Assembly: GCA_963746845.1 (NCBI GenBank) | Contig: CAVVCZ010000005.1 | Location: forward strand, 384,001 to 448,000 | DNA: 64,000 bases | Direction: 5' to 3' | Source: an uncultured Chloroflexia bacterium | Lineage (GTDB): Bacteria > Chloroflexota > Limnocylindria > Limnocylindrales > CSP1-4 | Shown: piece by piece, positions 28,854 through 38,194 of the stretch | Numbering within the stretch: position 1 is the stretch's first letter | Layout: every line of letters begins with the position of its first letter | The notes under the pieces: generated by a model | Database searches by the model: none | What the model saw: only the letters and a program-made list of their open reading frames with translations | What the model was told of the DNA's origin: nothing | Translations under genes and position numbers: made by a program

Positions 28854-31800
28854 CTACCGCCCGAGTGCCGTTCCTGCCGCGGCAGTATCGGTCAGCCCGA
28901 GCCGGATGGCGACGGCCGCCGCCTCGACGCGGCCGGACACACCCAGCTTCGAGAGGATGTTGCCGACGTGGACGCCCACCGTCTTCTGGCTGATGAACAG
29001 GCGCTCCCCGATCTCGCGGTTCGTCCGGCCCTCGGCGATCAGCGCCAGGACTTCGCGCTCACGGCGCGACAGGCCGAACGTGTCCTTTCGCGCCGCTGAC
29101 GCGTCCCCGACGACGCCGCGTGTGACCGGCGAGCGTGGGTCGTCCGGTTCGGGCGGCTCGCCCAGCCCCGGTCCGACGGCGACCAGCGCCGGGCCTTCGT
29201 GCCCGTTGGGACCTGCCGGCACGGCCGTGACGTCCAGCGGCTCCAGCCTCGTGTCCTCCAGGAGCGGGATCCGGATCATCGCCCGACCGGCGAGATGGCT
29301 CACCTCGCGGAGGAGCGGACGCGCGCCGAGCTCGAGGGCGATCCGGGCCGCCTCCTCGAGTGGGGCGCGGGCGCGGGCGCGGGACGGCCGGCCCTCGCCC
29401 GAGCCGAGGATCGCCTCAGCCTGATGCCAGCGGGCCTTCGCCAGCTCGTACGGGTTGGCGAGGGCGCCCCACGCGGCGGCGAGCCGGTTCCAGGTCGCCG
29501 GGTCGTCGTGTCCCTCCAGGCGCTCGCGGTGGGCCCCGGCCTGGGCGAGCCAGGCGTCCGCCTCGCGTCGCGAACCGATGGTCGAGCCGACACCGGATCG
29601 CTCCACCGCCTTCCGGGCCGTCCGGACGACGTCGCTCGAACGCGACCGGATGGCGGCGAGCGCCGCCAGGTCGCGCCGGGTGCCTGCGTCGGCCGCGGAT
29701 GCCGAATCGACCTCGGCCACGGTGGAGGCCATCTTCGCGATCAGGCTCCAGTCGCCGGTGCCCTTGACGAGGTCCCAGCCGCGTGCGGCCGCGCGGGCTG
29801 CGTCGACGTGGTCGCCCTGCCACAGCGCGAGCGAGGCGGCGGCGCGATAGATCGGGACCGCGTGCTGCGCGTCGCTCACGGTGTCGAGACCGATGAGGAT
29901 CTGGCCGAGCTGACGCCCCGCGGCCTCCCCGGCGTTCGTCTCGATCTCGACGACGGCGAGCGTGTCGATCGGGCGGGCGATCGCCCCGCCGGGGCTCCAC
30001 TCCAGTGCGGTCGCGCTGATCGCGCTCGACTCGGCCCATCGGCCGAGCAGGTACAGCGAGTCCGAGGCGTTGGCCCGCAGGAAGTTCCCGAACACGGCCT
30101 CGAGGCCCTCGCGACGGGACACCTCGACGCCCTCGTAGGCGACGTTCACGGCCTCGGCCCGCCGGCCGACGAGGTCGAGCACCGTCGTGAGGTTCGCGTA
30201 GACCCGGAACAGCTCGTCGAGGTCGCCCCGGGCCTCGGCCATCGCCAGGGCCTCGCGCAGCAACGCGACCGCCGTCTCCGGCTCGTCGCCCCAGCCGAGA
30301 GTCACGCCCAGCGTGGTCGTCGCATGGAGCCGGACGGCGTCGCCGGCCGGCCCGAGATCGGTCGCCATCGCGATCGCCTCGCGGGCCAGCTGCTCGGACC
30401 GATCGAAGGAGCCGTCGATCATCCGGACCTGGGCGAGGGCCGCCAGGACGCCGGCACGCTCCACGCTGGCTGTGGCCGGGACCAGATCCACGGCCCGCTC
30501 GAACGCCGCCAGCGCCCCGACGCGATCACCCGCCGCCCGGCGGTACCGCCCGAGTCGTTCGTACAGCACGCCCAGCGTCATCCGGTCGCGACGCTCGTCG
30601 AAGCGGTACACGAGGGCCTCGACGTAGGCCGCGGCACGGGACGGGCGCTCCGCCGCGAACGCGGCCTCGGCCGCGCGGAGCTGGAGCGTGATCGTGACCT
30701 CGTCGGCGTCGCCCGACCGGGTGCGTTTCCCGGTGCGGGTCGTGGCGCGACCCGCCGTCGCCGGCCCTGGCTCGAACAGGGCGAGCGCCAGCTCGAGCGC
30801 CGCGAGGGCATCCTCCGGAGCGTGAGCGGCCTCGGCCCGGCCGGCCGCGTCGACGGCCGCCGCGAACCCGCGATCCGGCACGTTCGCGGCCACCCAGTGA
30901 CGCGCCGCCTCGCCCGGATGCGCGAGCAGCCCGGTCGCGAGCGCCAGGTGGTGGCGTCGGCGCAGTCGGGGCAGGAGGTCGGCCGCGGCGGCTCGCCTGA
31001 TGTGGTCGTGGCGGAACGCGATCCCGTCCGCGTCGTCGACGAGGATCCCGTGCTCGATCGCCTCGTCGAGGCCGGCGCTCAGGTCCGGGTCGAGGGCGCC
31101 CTCACCCCGCCGTGGCCGGGTCGACGATCGCGGCGGGAGCCGATCGGCCGTCAGCTCGAACGTCGCGGCGGTGTCCGCGAGCTCGTCGCGGTCGACGGGG
31201 CGGCCCGACAGCGCGAGCAGGCGGAGCACCCGCCGGCACTCGGGTCCGCGCCGGGCGAGCCGCGCGATCACGAGGTCGTCGAACGAGCTGGTGAGGCTCG
31301 CGTCGGAGACCTCGCGTCGGGCCGCCAGCAGCTCCTCGGCAACCAGCGGAAGGCCGCGGGACCGGTCAGCGACCAGGACGAGCGCCGCGCCCGTCGGTCG
31401 TTCGCCCTCGACGGCCTGGACGAGGTCCGCCAGCTCCGACCGCTCGAACGGGTCGATCCGGATGTGGACGGGTCTGGACGACTCGCCCCCGGTTGCCTCG
31501 GCCAGCGTCGCGTTCAGGGGGTGATCACGGGTCAGCTCGTCCGATGCCCAGGTCCCGATGAAGCACACCCGCTGATGGCGACGGACGCGGCTCAGGAAGG
31601 TCACGAGCGCGCGCGTCCCCGCATCCGCGTCGTGGAGGTCCTCGAGGACCACGAGCACCGGCCCCTCCTCGGACAGGCGGCCGACGACGCCGAGGATCGC
31701 CTCGAGCACCCGGCTCTGGCGACGCTCTGGCGCAGTGATCGTCGGCCGCGCGGGCAGCACGCCGGCGTGCCCGAGCCTCGCCTGGATCTCCGGGAAGAGA

Positions 31801-32132
31801 CGGGCGACGTCCTCGACCGCCGGCCCGACCAGACGCACGAGCTCCTCGTCGTCCACCGCGCGGAACACCGGCCGGAGCGCCCGGATGATCGGACCGTAGG
31901 GATCGTCGGCGCCGGGGAGGAACGATCGACCGCGGATCACGGTGAACGGCTCGCTGAGCCCGCCGATCCGCCGTGCAACCTCGCCGACGAACCGGGTCAC
32001 ACCGACCCCGCCCGGACCCTCGAGGAGCACGGCCGTCGACTCACCGCCGGCTGCCGCTTCCAGCGCCGGGGCGAGCCGGATGAATGCCGCGTCGCGTCCC
32101 ACGAATCGCGCGCCGTCCATCGTCGCGGGCAT
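28854..32132 (-). CDS. Large AAA-ATPase/TPR/LuxR (LAL-type) transcriptional regulator
   Basis: FVGR, EGPGGVGVT (degenerate Walker A), VLEDLHDAD, GLPLVAEEL, C-terminal LSRREREVL...TNREIGERLFISQKTV; leaderless ATG 7 nt after TAGAAT. Confidence 0.92.
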   Translation of the reverse strand: MPATMDGARFVGRDAAFIRLAPALEAAAGGESTAVLLEGPGGVGVTRFVGEVARRIGGLSEPFTVIRGRSFLPGADDPYGPIIRALRPVFRAVDDEELVRLVGPAVEDVARLFPEIQARLGHAGVLPARPTITAPERRQSRVLEAILGVVGRLSEEGPVLVVLEDLHDADAGTRALVTFLSRVRRHQRVCFIGTWASDELTRDHPLNATLAEATGGESSRPVHIRIDPFERSELADLVQAVEGERPTGAALVLVADRSRGLPLVAEELLAARREVSDASLTSSFDDLVIARLARRGPECRRVLRLLALSGRPVDRDELADTAATFELTADRLPPRSSTRPRRGEGALDPDLSAGLDEAIEHGILVDDADGIAFRHDHIRRAAAADLLPRLRRRHHLALATGLLAHPGEAARHWVAANVPDRGFAAAVDAAGRAEAAHAPEDALAALELALALFEPGPATAGRATTRTGKRTRSGDADEVTITLQLRAAEAAFAAERPSRAAAYVEALVYRFDERRDRMTLGVLYERLGRYRRAAGDRVGALAAFERAVDLVPATASVERAGVLAALAQVRMIDGSFDRSEQLAREAIAMATDLGPAGDAVRLHATTTLGVTLGWGDEPETAVALLREALAMAEARGDLDELFRVYANLTTVLDLVGRRAEAVNVAYEGVEVSRREGLEAVFGNFLRANASDSLYLLGRWAESSAISATALEWSPGGAIARPIDTLAVVEIETNAGEAAGRQLGQILIGLDTVSDAQHAVPIYRAAASLALWQGDHVDAARAAARGWDLVKGTGDWSLIAKMASTVAEVDSASAADAGTRRDLAALAAIRSRSSDVVRTARKAVERSGVGSTIGSRREADAWLAQAGAHRERLEGHDDPATWNRLAAAWGALANPYELAKARWHQAEAILGSGEGRPSRARARAPLEEAARIALELGARPLLREVSHLAGRAMIRIPLLEDTRLEPLDVTAVPAGPNGHEGPALVAVGPGLGEPPEPDDPRSPVTRGVVGDASAARKDTFGLSRREREVLALIAEGRTNREIGERLFISQKTVGVHVGNILSKLGVSGRVEAAAVAIRLGLTDTAAAGTALGR

Positions 32133-32448
32133 GGTCGCCATTCTAGAGGCCGGTCTCCCGCCCGGATCGCGGCGTCCCGTGTGGCTCGGCGCGTCGACGC
32201 ACCACCCATCCGTCGGGCCCCCATTGGTCCCCATCCTGCGTGATCGGAACGCGGCACGGAAGGTTCGCGGACCATCGAGGCCGGAGGCCATGGCTCGCAA
32301 CGCGAAATCGATCAGACGGTGTTCGTCGCGCATGGGCGTCGCTGGCAGGGCGCCGGGGAGCAGCGGAGCGAGCGGGCTTCAAGGCCCGTGAGCGAGCAGC
32401 GCAGCCGGCAATGCAGTCCAGCGTGGTCCAGGCGCGACAGCCGGAGGT

Positions 32449-34053
32449 TCAGGCCCGCGCCCGAGCGGCCAGATATGCGGTCAGCACGTCCTCGTCGACA
32501 TCGCTCGACCAGCCGCCCTGCGCGGCCTCGTCCTTGACCGGCTCGCCGAGCGTCATCTTGTGCAGCCAGCCCTGGCGGCCGTCCGGGCAGAGGACCAGCC
32601 AGTACGCGCCGGACTTCTCGAGCAGCTGGACCTCGTCCCCCTGGTCGAGCTGGCCGATGTCGATCCCGCGGAGCTCATCGGGTGCGTCGAGCAGCCGGAC
32701 GACGCGGTAGCGGATGATCCGGCGCTCGCGACCGTCGACGGCGTCGACCGAGCCGTGGTCGAAGCTCATCCGCGCCGACTCCACGTACCGGGTCGGGTCG
32801 GACTTCCGGGCGGCCTGGACGGACGGGCGGCGCCAGCGGGGCATCCCCGCCTCGACGTCGACGGGCGGAGGAACCGCAGCCGCGACCGCACCAACGACAT
32901 CGCCTCCCGGCACGGCGGCGTGTCCGCGAGCGGCGTGCGCCTGGAGCACCTCGTCCGGAGCCGGCGCCTCCTCGTCGCGACGCTTCTTGCCGAAGATCGC
33001 GAATGCGAAGGCCATCGTGGTCGCGGTGGTCGTCCCGACCAGCATCGGCAGCCCCGTGGTCGTGGTCGACGGGCGGACGCCGAGGATGTCGAGGGCAGCG
33101 GTCAGCGCACCCCATCCGACGCCGCCCTCGGTCAGACCGGAGCCGCGGGAGCCGCCGGGTTCGGCGCCCGGGTCCCCGCCGGTGGGCCCATCGGGCGGCA
33201 CGACGACGCCCGCACCGGTCGCGTCGAGACCGGGGTCGGCGCTCGCGCCGGGCTCCGCGCCGGGCGACGAGCCGGGGCCGTCAAGGGATCCATCGAAACC
33301 ACCGCTCGCGCCGCCGCCCGAGGGCCCGCCGAGGCCACCGGGTCCGGTCACGCCTGCCGCAGGAACAATCGTGGGGAGTCCGTCGGATCCCGGATCGGAG
33401 GCGCCGGGATCCGACGGCGCGGGCGTGTCGGCCGGGTCACTCGTCGGACGGGCGGTCGGACCAGGCGTCTGCGTGGGGTCGGGCGTGGGCGTCGGAGCCG
33501 ATCGTGGCGTGGGATCGGGCTGAGGGGTCGGGTCCGGCCTCGGCGTCGGGTCCGGCCTCGGCGTGGGCGTGGGATCCGGGGTCGGGGTCGGCTTCGGCGT
33601 CGGCGTCGGGTCGGGCGTCGGGGTCGGGGTGGGGCTCGATCCGTTGATCACGACGTTGCCCGCATCGAGCGTGTCCGTCGATCCGTCCGCGGCCTCGGAC
33701 GCGAACTGCACTGCGTGGGTCCCGGCCGGAAGCTTGCCGAGCCAGTAGAGCGTGCCGCCGTTGTGCCAGCTGTTGTCGGGGCTGGTCATCTCGTGCGGGG
33801 CTCCGTCGATCACGACCTTGACGTGCGCCGGGGCCGACCCGTCCCCGCTGCGGAAGCGGACGTCGAAGTGGATCGTCGTCGTCGGCGTCCCGACCCGCGG
33901 CCAGACGTGGCCGTGGCTGAGGTCCTCATCGGCGGCCGCGAGGGCCGGCGCGACGTTCGCCAGGATGACCAGGAACACGGCCGTCAACACCGCCAGGGGA
34001 GCGGTCGCCAATCGCCGGATCCGGGTTCGACGCTCGATCAACAAGAAAGACAT
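32449..34053 (-). CDS. Membrane protein: signal peptide, Ig-like domain, PT-rich linker, TM, C-terminal SH3-like domain
   Basis: Hydrophobic N-terminus ending ALA; PTP(D/K/R)PT repeats; [11 protein letters not shown]; [23 protein letters not shown]. Start uncertain (ATG 34053 or nearby TTG). Confidence 0.8.
   Translation of the reverse strand: MSFLLIERRTRIRRLATAPLAVLTAVFLVILANVAPALAAADEDLSHGHVWPRVGTPTTTIHFDVRFRSGDGSAPAHVKVVIDGAPHEMTSPDNSWHNGGTLYWLGKLPAGTHAVQFASEAADGSTDTLDAGNVVINGSSPTPTPTPDPTPTPKPTPTPDPTPTPRPDPTPRPDPTPQPDPTPRSAPTPTPDPTQTPGPTARPTSDPADTPAPSDPGASDPGSDGLPTIVPAAGVTGPGGLGGPSGGGASGGFDGSLDGPGSSPGAEPGASADPGLDATGAGVVVPPDGPTGGDPGAEPGGSRGSGLTEGGVGWGALTAALDILGVRPSTTTTGLPMLVGTTTATTMAFAFAIFGKKRRDEEAPAPDEVLQAHAARGHAAVPGGDVVGAVAAAVPPPVDVEAGMPRWRRPSVQAARKSDPTRYVESARMSFDHGSVDAVDGRERRIIRYRVVRLLDAPDELRGIDIGQLDQGDEVQLLEKSGAYWLVLCPDGRQGWLHKMTLGEPVKDEAAQGGWSSDVDEDVLTAYLAARARA
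33470..33635 (-). repeat. Coding Pro-Thr tandem repeats
   Basis: GG(C/G)GTCGG units encoding PTPTPDPTP... Confidence 0.8.
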
Positions 34054-34301
34054 GCCTCCGCGCGGGGCAGGGGCGCCCGTGCTGAGGTGACCTTGGCTGC
34101 GGATCGAGGCGGTCGCAATGGTACGGGTTTCCCACTCACGCCCCCGCGTGGGGAGGGATCGCTCGACGCCCGGTGCCAGCCGACACCAACGATCCCGAGC
34201 TTCGTGCTCCGCCGCGGAACGGCGCATGGGTCGGACGGCGCACGGTCCTGACCCGAAGTGGCCATACCCAAGGCGGGGTCGCGCGCGCGACGATCGCGCG
34301 G

Positions 34302-35051
34302 ATGCAACTCGTCTCGGCTTCCCGCTCGCTCCGGCCTCCGGTCGGGGCCGCCCTCGCCGGCCTCCTCGTCGGCGGCGTGCTCCTCTCCGGCGGGCTCGTC
34401 CTCGCCTGGCTCGCCTTCCTCACCCCGATGATCAGCGTGCTGACCCCGGCCGCGCTCCGGCCGACGGTCCCGCAGATGGCGATGGGCGGGCTCGTCTGGG
34501 GCGTCGCCCTCGTCGCGCCGCCAGCGTTCGCGTTCGCAGGGGCGTGGCGTCTCAGCCGGGTCCTGCGGGCCCTGACCGCCCGACCCGCCGAACGCCTGCT
34601 CTCGAGGGCCGCCACCCAGCTGGGGGACGACTACGTGGCGATCAGCGACGTGACCCTGCCGGAGGGCCGGGTCGTCCACGACCTGGTCCTGGGCCCGTTC
34701 GGGCTCGCGGTGTTCGGCGACGTGCCGCCCGCGCGCTACGTCCGCCGGACCGGCGGGAGCTGGGAGATCCGGGGACACGGTGGCAAGTGGGTCCACATGG
34801 AGAACCCGCTCGAGCGGGTCGCCCGCGACGCCGAGCGCGTCCGGCGCTGGTTCGCCGGCACCGAGCGGGATTACGTGCTGAAGGTGTTCTCCGCCCTCGT
34901 GACGAACGACCAGACCGTCAGCCGGACGCCGAACTGCGCCGTCGTGACCATGGACGAGATCCCCGCCTGGCTGTCATCCCTGCCGCCATCCCGGCAGATG
35001 ACCCCGGAGCGGCGCGAGGAGATCCTGGAGCGGATCCGGCCGCTGCTCTGA
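34302..35051 (+). CDS. Membrane-anchored NERD-like (PD-(D/E)xK fold) protein
   Basis: Two N-terminal TMs then [11 protein letters not shown]..., [18 protein letters not shown] pattern typical of NERD domains. Confidence 0.7.
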   Translation: MQLVSASRSLRPPVGAALAGLLVGGVLLSGGLVLAWLAFLTPMISVLTPAALRPTVPQMAMGGLVWGVALVAPPAFAFAGAWRLSRVLRALTARPAERLLSRAATQLGDDYVAISDVTLPEGRVVHDLVLGPFGLAVFGDVPPARYVRRTGGSWEIRGHGGKWVHMENPLERVARDAERVRRWFAGTERDYVLKVFSALVTNDQTVSRTPNCAVVTMDEIPAWLSSLPPSRQMTPERREEILERIRPLL

Positions 35052-35053
35052 GC

Positions 35054-35129
35054 TGGTAGGGGAGCCAGGACTCGAACCTGGAACCAGCGGGATATAAGCC
35101 CGCCGCTCTGACCATTGAGCTACTCCCCC
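35054..35129 (-). tRNA. tRNA with anticodon UAU (putative tRNA-Ile for AUA)
   Basis: Minus strand GGGGGAG TA GCTC AATGGTCA GAGC G GCGGG CT(TAT)AT CCCGC TGGTT CCAGG TTCGAGT CCTGG CTCCCCT A CCA; all stems pair; TAGCAT -10 upstream. Confidence 0.93.
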
Positions 35130-35215
35130 GCGCCGATGCTACCGCGCGGTCACGCGCCTGTCAGTCCGGAACGAGGGATTGGGCTGTCGAGGTGCCGCAG
35201 CGCCGAGGTGTCGGG

Positions 35216-35476
35216 TCAGTTCTCGCCGTGGCCGAGGATGCGCCCGGCGAGGGCCTTGAGGCTGAGCGGTCGCGGGTTGAGCGTCGGCTCGGGGCCCAGA
35301 TCGTGGGACGGCCTGACCTCGATGAGCTCGCGTTCCTCGTCCGTGCGGACCGCTTCGATCGGCAGATCGTCCGGATCGAACGGCCGCGGCGTCTCGGCCG
35401 CGGGGCGTGCGGGACGGCCGTACGCGGGGGCGCCATAGAGCTTGGGCAGTGCGACGTGCTGCTCGTCGATCGCCAC
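35216..35476 (-). CDS. Small hypothetical protein (86 aa)
   Basis: GTG start with GAGGA RBS, coding-like GC3, LPKLYGAPAY...PFDPDDLPI. Confidence 0.7.
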   Translation of the reverse strand: MAIDEQHVALPKLYGAPAYGRPARPAAETPRPFDPDDLPIEAVRTDEERELIEVRPSHDLGPEPTLNPRPLSLKALAGRILGHGEN

Positions 35477-35639
35477 GAATGGAGTCCTCGATTGACCGTG
35501 CCGGATACCCGACGAGGCGATGATATCCGTCCGAGAGTACCGCGGAATGGTACGAAAGGACCAGACGCACGACCGCTCCGCGCGCCCCGGACGGTGCCCG
35601 CTGTCACCACTCCCTCGCGGCCGGATGCCGGGATCGGAT

Positions 35640-36044
35640 TCAGCCGATCAGCGGCTCCAGCACCTGGACGACCACCACCAGGACGAGGTAGCAGACGGGG
35701 ACGGCCGCGAAGAATCCGAGCGCCGCGCTCCACCCGGACCGGGTCGTCCGATCTCCGGATCCGCGTGGCTGCGGCACGACCCACCAGGTCACGACGCTGC
35801 CCACGACGAGCACGATCGCCACATCGAGGACGAGGTACAGGGTCCGGAGGTCACCGCCGGGCAGGGCCGCGCCCCGTCGGATCGCGGTGTCGTACACGAG
35901 GTAGCCGAGGCCCAGGACGATCGCGACGACGAGGCTCGAGAGCACCGCCCGGACGACCGGTCGGGGCGCGTTCCGGAACTGCCGCCAGCGGACCTCGAGC
36001 CACGAGCGGTGCCGGACCTCCGGGCCGTGCGCGGGCGCCGTCAT
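35640..36044 (-). CDS. Hypothetical 3-TM membrane protein
   Basis: ATGA-coupled to the upstream aminotransferase; three hydrophobic segments. Confidence 0.8.
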   Translation of the reverse strand: MTAPAHGPEVRHRSWLEVRWRQFRNAPRPVVRAVLSSLVVAIVLGLGYLVYDTAIRRGAALPGGDLRTLYLVLDVAIVLVVGSVVTWWVVPQPRGSGDRTTRSGWSAALGFFAAVPVCYLVLVVVVQVLEPLIG

Positions 36045-37282
36045 CCCTGGCCCTGGCCGATGATCTGCAGCTTGGGTCGTTGCGGAAGCGTCTCCGGCGT
36101 GTGGGCCGCGAGGAGCTCGACGGCCGTGGCGACCCGTTCGATCTCGTCCTCGGTCGTGAAGAACCCGACGCTGATCCGGAGGGCGTCGAGCGGCGGGATC
36201 GTCCGGGCGATCGCGAAGGTCCGCCCGGCGATCTCTGCGAGGGCCGTCGCCGCGTCCCAGCCGCCGATCCGGAACGTGACGAGCGTGCCCATCCGGTCGC
36301 GCGGCGTCAGCATCTCGACGCCGTCGATCCGGGCCAGGCGGTCGACCGCGAGCTGCGCCATGGCCTGGCCACGGGCGTGGATCCACGGCAGTCCGACGTA
36401 CATCGAGAGCCAGCCGCAGCTCCGGGCGAGCCCCGTGATCCCCGGCCGGTACGGCCCCCCGTCCTCGAAGCGGCGGGCGTCCGACCACGGGACCGCCTCG
36501 TCGGGGCTGATCCGCTCGTACGTGAAGAAGCTGCCGTTCAGGACGAACGAGCGGTCCACGACCGCCGGCGACGCCCACAGCGCGCCGGTCCCCTCCGGCC
36601 CGAGCAGCCACTTCTGACCGGGGATCGCGTAGAAGTCGACCCCGAGCTCGGCGACGCTGACCGGCATCGCCCCGGTCGACTGGGCGCCGTCGACCGCGAT
36701 GACGGCGCCCCGTCCGTGGGCGAGGGACGCGATCTCGGTCAGGGGAAGGCGGGCGCCGGTGGTCCACAGGACATGCGACACGGCGACGAGCCGCGTGCCC
36801 GGCCGGATCGCGGCGTCGAACGCCTCGAGGATCCGGTCGTCGTCCCCGCCCAGCCCGACGTCGACCGCGACGATCTCGGCGCCGGTCCGCGCCGCGATCG
36901 CATGCGACGGCCCGAGGGCGCCCGGGTGCTCCGCGCGCGTCGTGACGATTCGATCGCCGGGCCGCAGATCCACGGACCACATCGCCGCGTTCATCGCGGC
37001 GGTCGTGGAGTGGGTGATCGCGATCTCGTCGACCTCCGCGCCGACGACCGCGGCCACGGCGCCACGCGCCTCGGCCAGGCGCTCGAGGAACGCCTCCCAG
37101 TAGTCGATCGAGGCGCGGCCGATCCGGAGCTCGTAGTCGACGATCTCGGCCATTGCGGCGGCGGTCTCGGCCGGCATCGGGCCGACGGAGCCGGTGTTCA
37201 GGTAGATCCCGGCCCCGAGCGCCGGCAGCGCAGCGCGGATCGCCGCCAGCTTCTCGGCATCGGGCAGGAAGGGGGCGACCAC
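36041..37282 (-). CDS. Class-V PLP aminotransferase (cysteine/cystine C-S lyase / EgtE / CefD-like)
   Basis: YLNTGSVGP, EHPG, SHVLWTTG, DGAQS, PGQKWLLGPEG (PLP Lys), LRIS; leaderless GTG. Confidence 0.9.
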   Translation of the reverse strand: MVAPFLPDAEKLAAIRAALPALGAGIYLNTGSVGPMPAETAAAMAEIVDYELRIGRASIDYWEAFLERLAEARGAVAAVVGAEVDEIAITHSTTAAMNAAMWSVDLRPGDRIVTTRAEHPGALGPSHAIAARTGAEIVAVDVGLGGDDDRILEAFDAAIRPGTRLVAVSHVLWTTGARLPLTEIASLAHGRGAVIAVDGAQSTGAMPVSVAELGVDFYAIPGQKWLLGPEGTGALWASPAVVDRSFVLNGSFFTYERISPDEAVPWSDARRFEDGGPYRPGITGLARSCGWLSMYVGLPWIHARGQAMAQLAVDRLARIDGVEMLTPRDRMGTLVTFRIGGWDAATALAEIAGRTFAIARTIPPLDALRISVGFFTTEDEIERVATAVELLAAHTPETLPQRPKLQIIGQGQG

Positions 37283-37300
37283 GTCCGTATGATATCGGCG
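37283..37300. promoter_or_regulatory. Overlapping divergent -10 elements for two leaderless genes
   Basis: Plus TATGAT 37288-37293 +7 nt to ATG 37301; minus TATCAT 37294-37289 +6 nt to GTG 37282. Confidence 0.75.
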
Positions 37301-38194
37301 ATGGCCTCGCCTTCCGCCGGTCGCCGCCTCTCCCGGTCGCGGACCCGCCCGCCGGGCGGTCTCGCCCGGCCGGAGCTCCTCGCCACGACCGACTGGCTGA
37401 CCGACCAGCTCGGACGCCCAGAGGTCCGGATCCTGGACGTCCGCTGGCGGCCCGACGGCAGCGGCCACCAGGTCTGGACGGCCGGCCACATCCCGGGCGC
37501 CGTCTTCGTCGACTGGCGGGCCGAGCTGACCGACGCGGCCGAATCCGGCGAGACTCTGCTCCTCGCCGGCCCCGAGCAGGTCGCCCGGACGCTGTCGCTC
37601 GCGGGGGTCGGGGACGGGGCGACGGTCGTGGTCTACGACGACACGGTCAGCCTCTTCGCGGCTCGGGTCTGGTGGAGCCTGCGGGTGTACGGGCTCGAAT
37701 CGGTCCGCGTGCTCGACGGCGGCTTCCCCGCCTGGCAGAGCGAGGGCCGCCCGGTGTCGAACGCCGTCGCGCCGCCGCCGCCCGCGCATTTCACCCCGCG
37801 GGCCCAGCCGCGGATGCGTCTGTCGACCGCCGATGTCCGCGCCCTCCTCTCCTCCCCCGACGTGACGCTCCTCGACGCCCGCGCGCCGGCCGAGTACCGC
37901 GGGCTCGAAGGCACGACGAAGCGGCTCGGCCACATCCCGGGCGCTGTGAGCGTGCCCGTCGGGGCGATGACCCAGCCGGGGGGCCAGCACTTCAAGCCCG
38001 GCGACGAGTTGCGCGACATCCTGCTGAAGGCGAACGTCGCCCGCGGTCGGCGGATGGTCTGCTACGACGGCTCGGGGATCGCCGCGGCCAAGCTCGCGTT
38101 CGCGCTCACGCTCCTCGGCCACGAGGACGTCGCGGTGTACGACGGCGGCTGGTCCGAGTGGGGGAACCGGCTGGACCTGCCGGTCGACCGCTAG
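37301..38194 (+). CDS. Two-domain rhodanese/SseA-like protein
   Basis: LDVR, GHIPGA (twice), LDGGFPAW, YDGGWSEW; active loop reads CYDGSG. Confidence 0.9.
   Translation: MASPSAGRRLSRSRTRPPGGLARPELLATTDWLTDQLGRPEVRILDVRWRPDGSGHQVWTAGHIPGAVFVDWRAELTDAAESGETLLLAGPEQVARTLSLAGVGDGATVVVYDDTVSLFAARVWWSLRVYGLESVRVLDGGFPAWQSEGRPVSNAVAPPPPAHFTPRAQPRMRLSTADVRALLSSPDVTLLDARAPAEYRGLEGTTKRLGHIPGAVSVPVGAMTQPGGQHFKPGDELRDILLKANVARGRRMVCYDGSGIAAAKLAFALTLLGHEDVAVYDGGWSEWGNRLDLPVDR

Noticed and set aside
32141-32448. Possible ncRNA or repeat (GAGCAGCGGAGCGAGCGGGC-TTCAA-GGCCCG) upstream of the LAL regulator
   Set aside because: Only a short hairpin and low-complexity GAGC runs; no second full copy in the window.
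33470-33635. Short tandem repeats here, at 28520-28610 and at 41770-41850 as CRISPR or VNTR elements
   Set aside because: They are in-frame Pro/Thr/Ser/Ala linkers, with no spacers and no cas genes.
34165-34200. Faint resemblance (TGCCAG...AACGATCC) to the raiA-motif RNA
   Set aside because: Only a few bases match from memory and the rest of the motif is not recognisable; needs an Infernal search.
35192-38194. ORF-track 'fusions' such as the 1000-aa rhodanese, 808-aa DhaK and 1119-aa ALDH
   Set aside because: The N-terminal extensions are non-coding read-through; true starts are marked by RBS, -10 elements or stop-start coupling.
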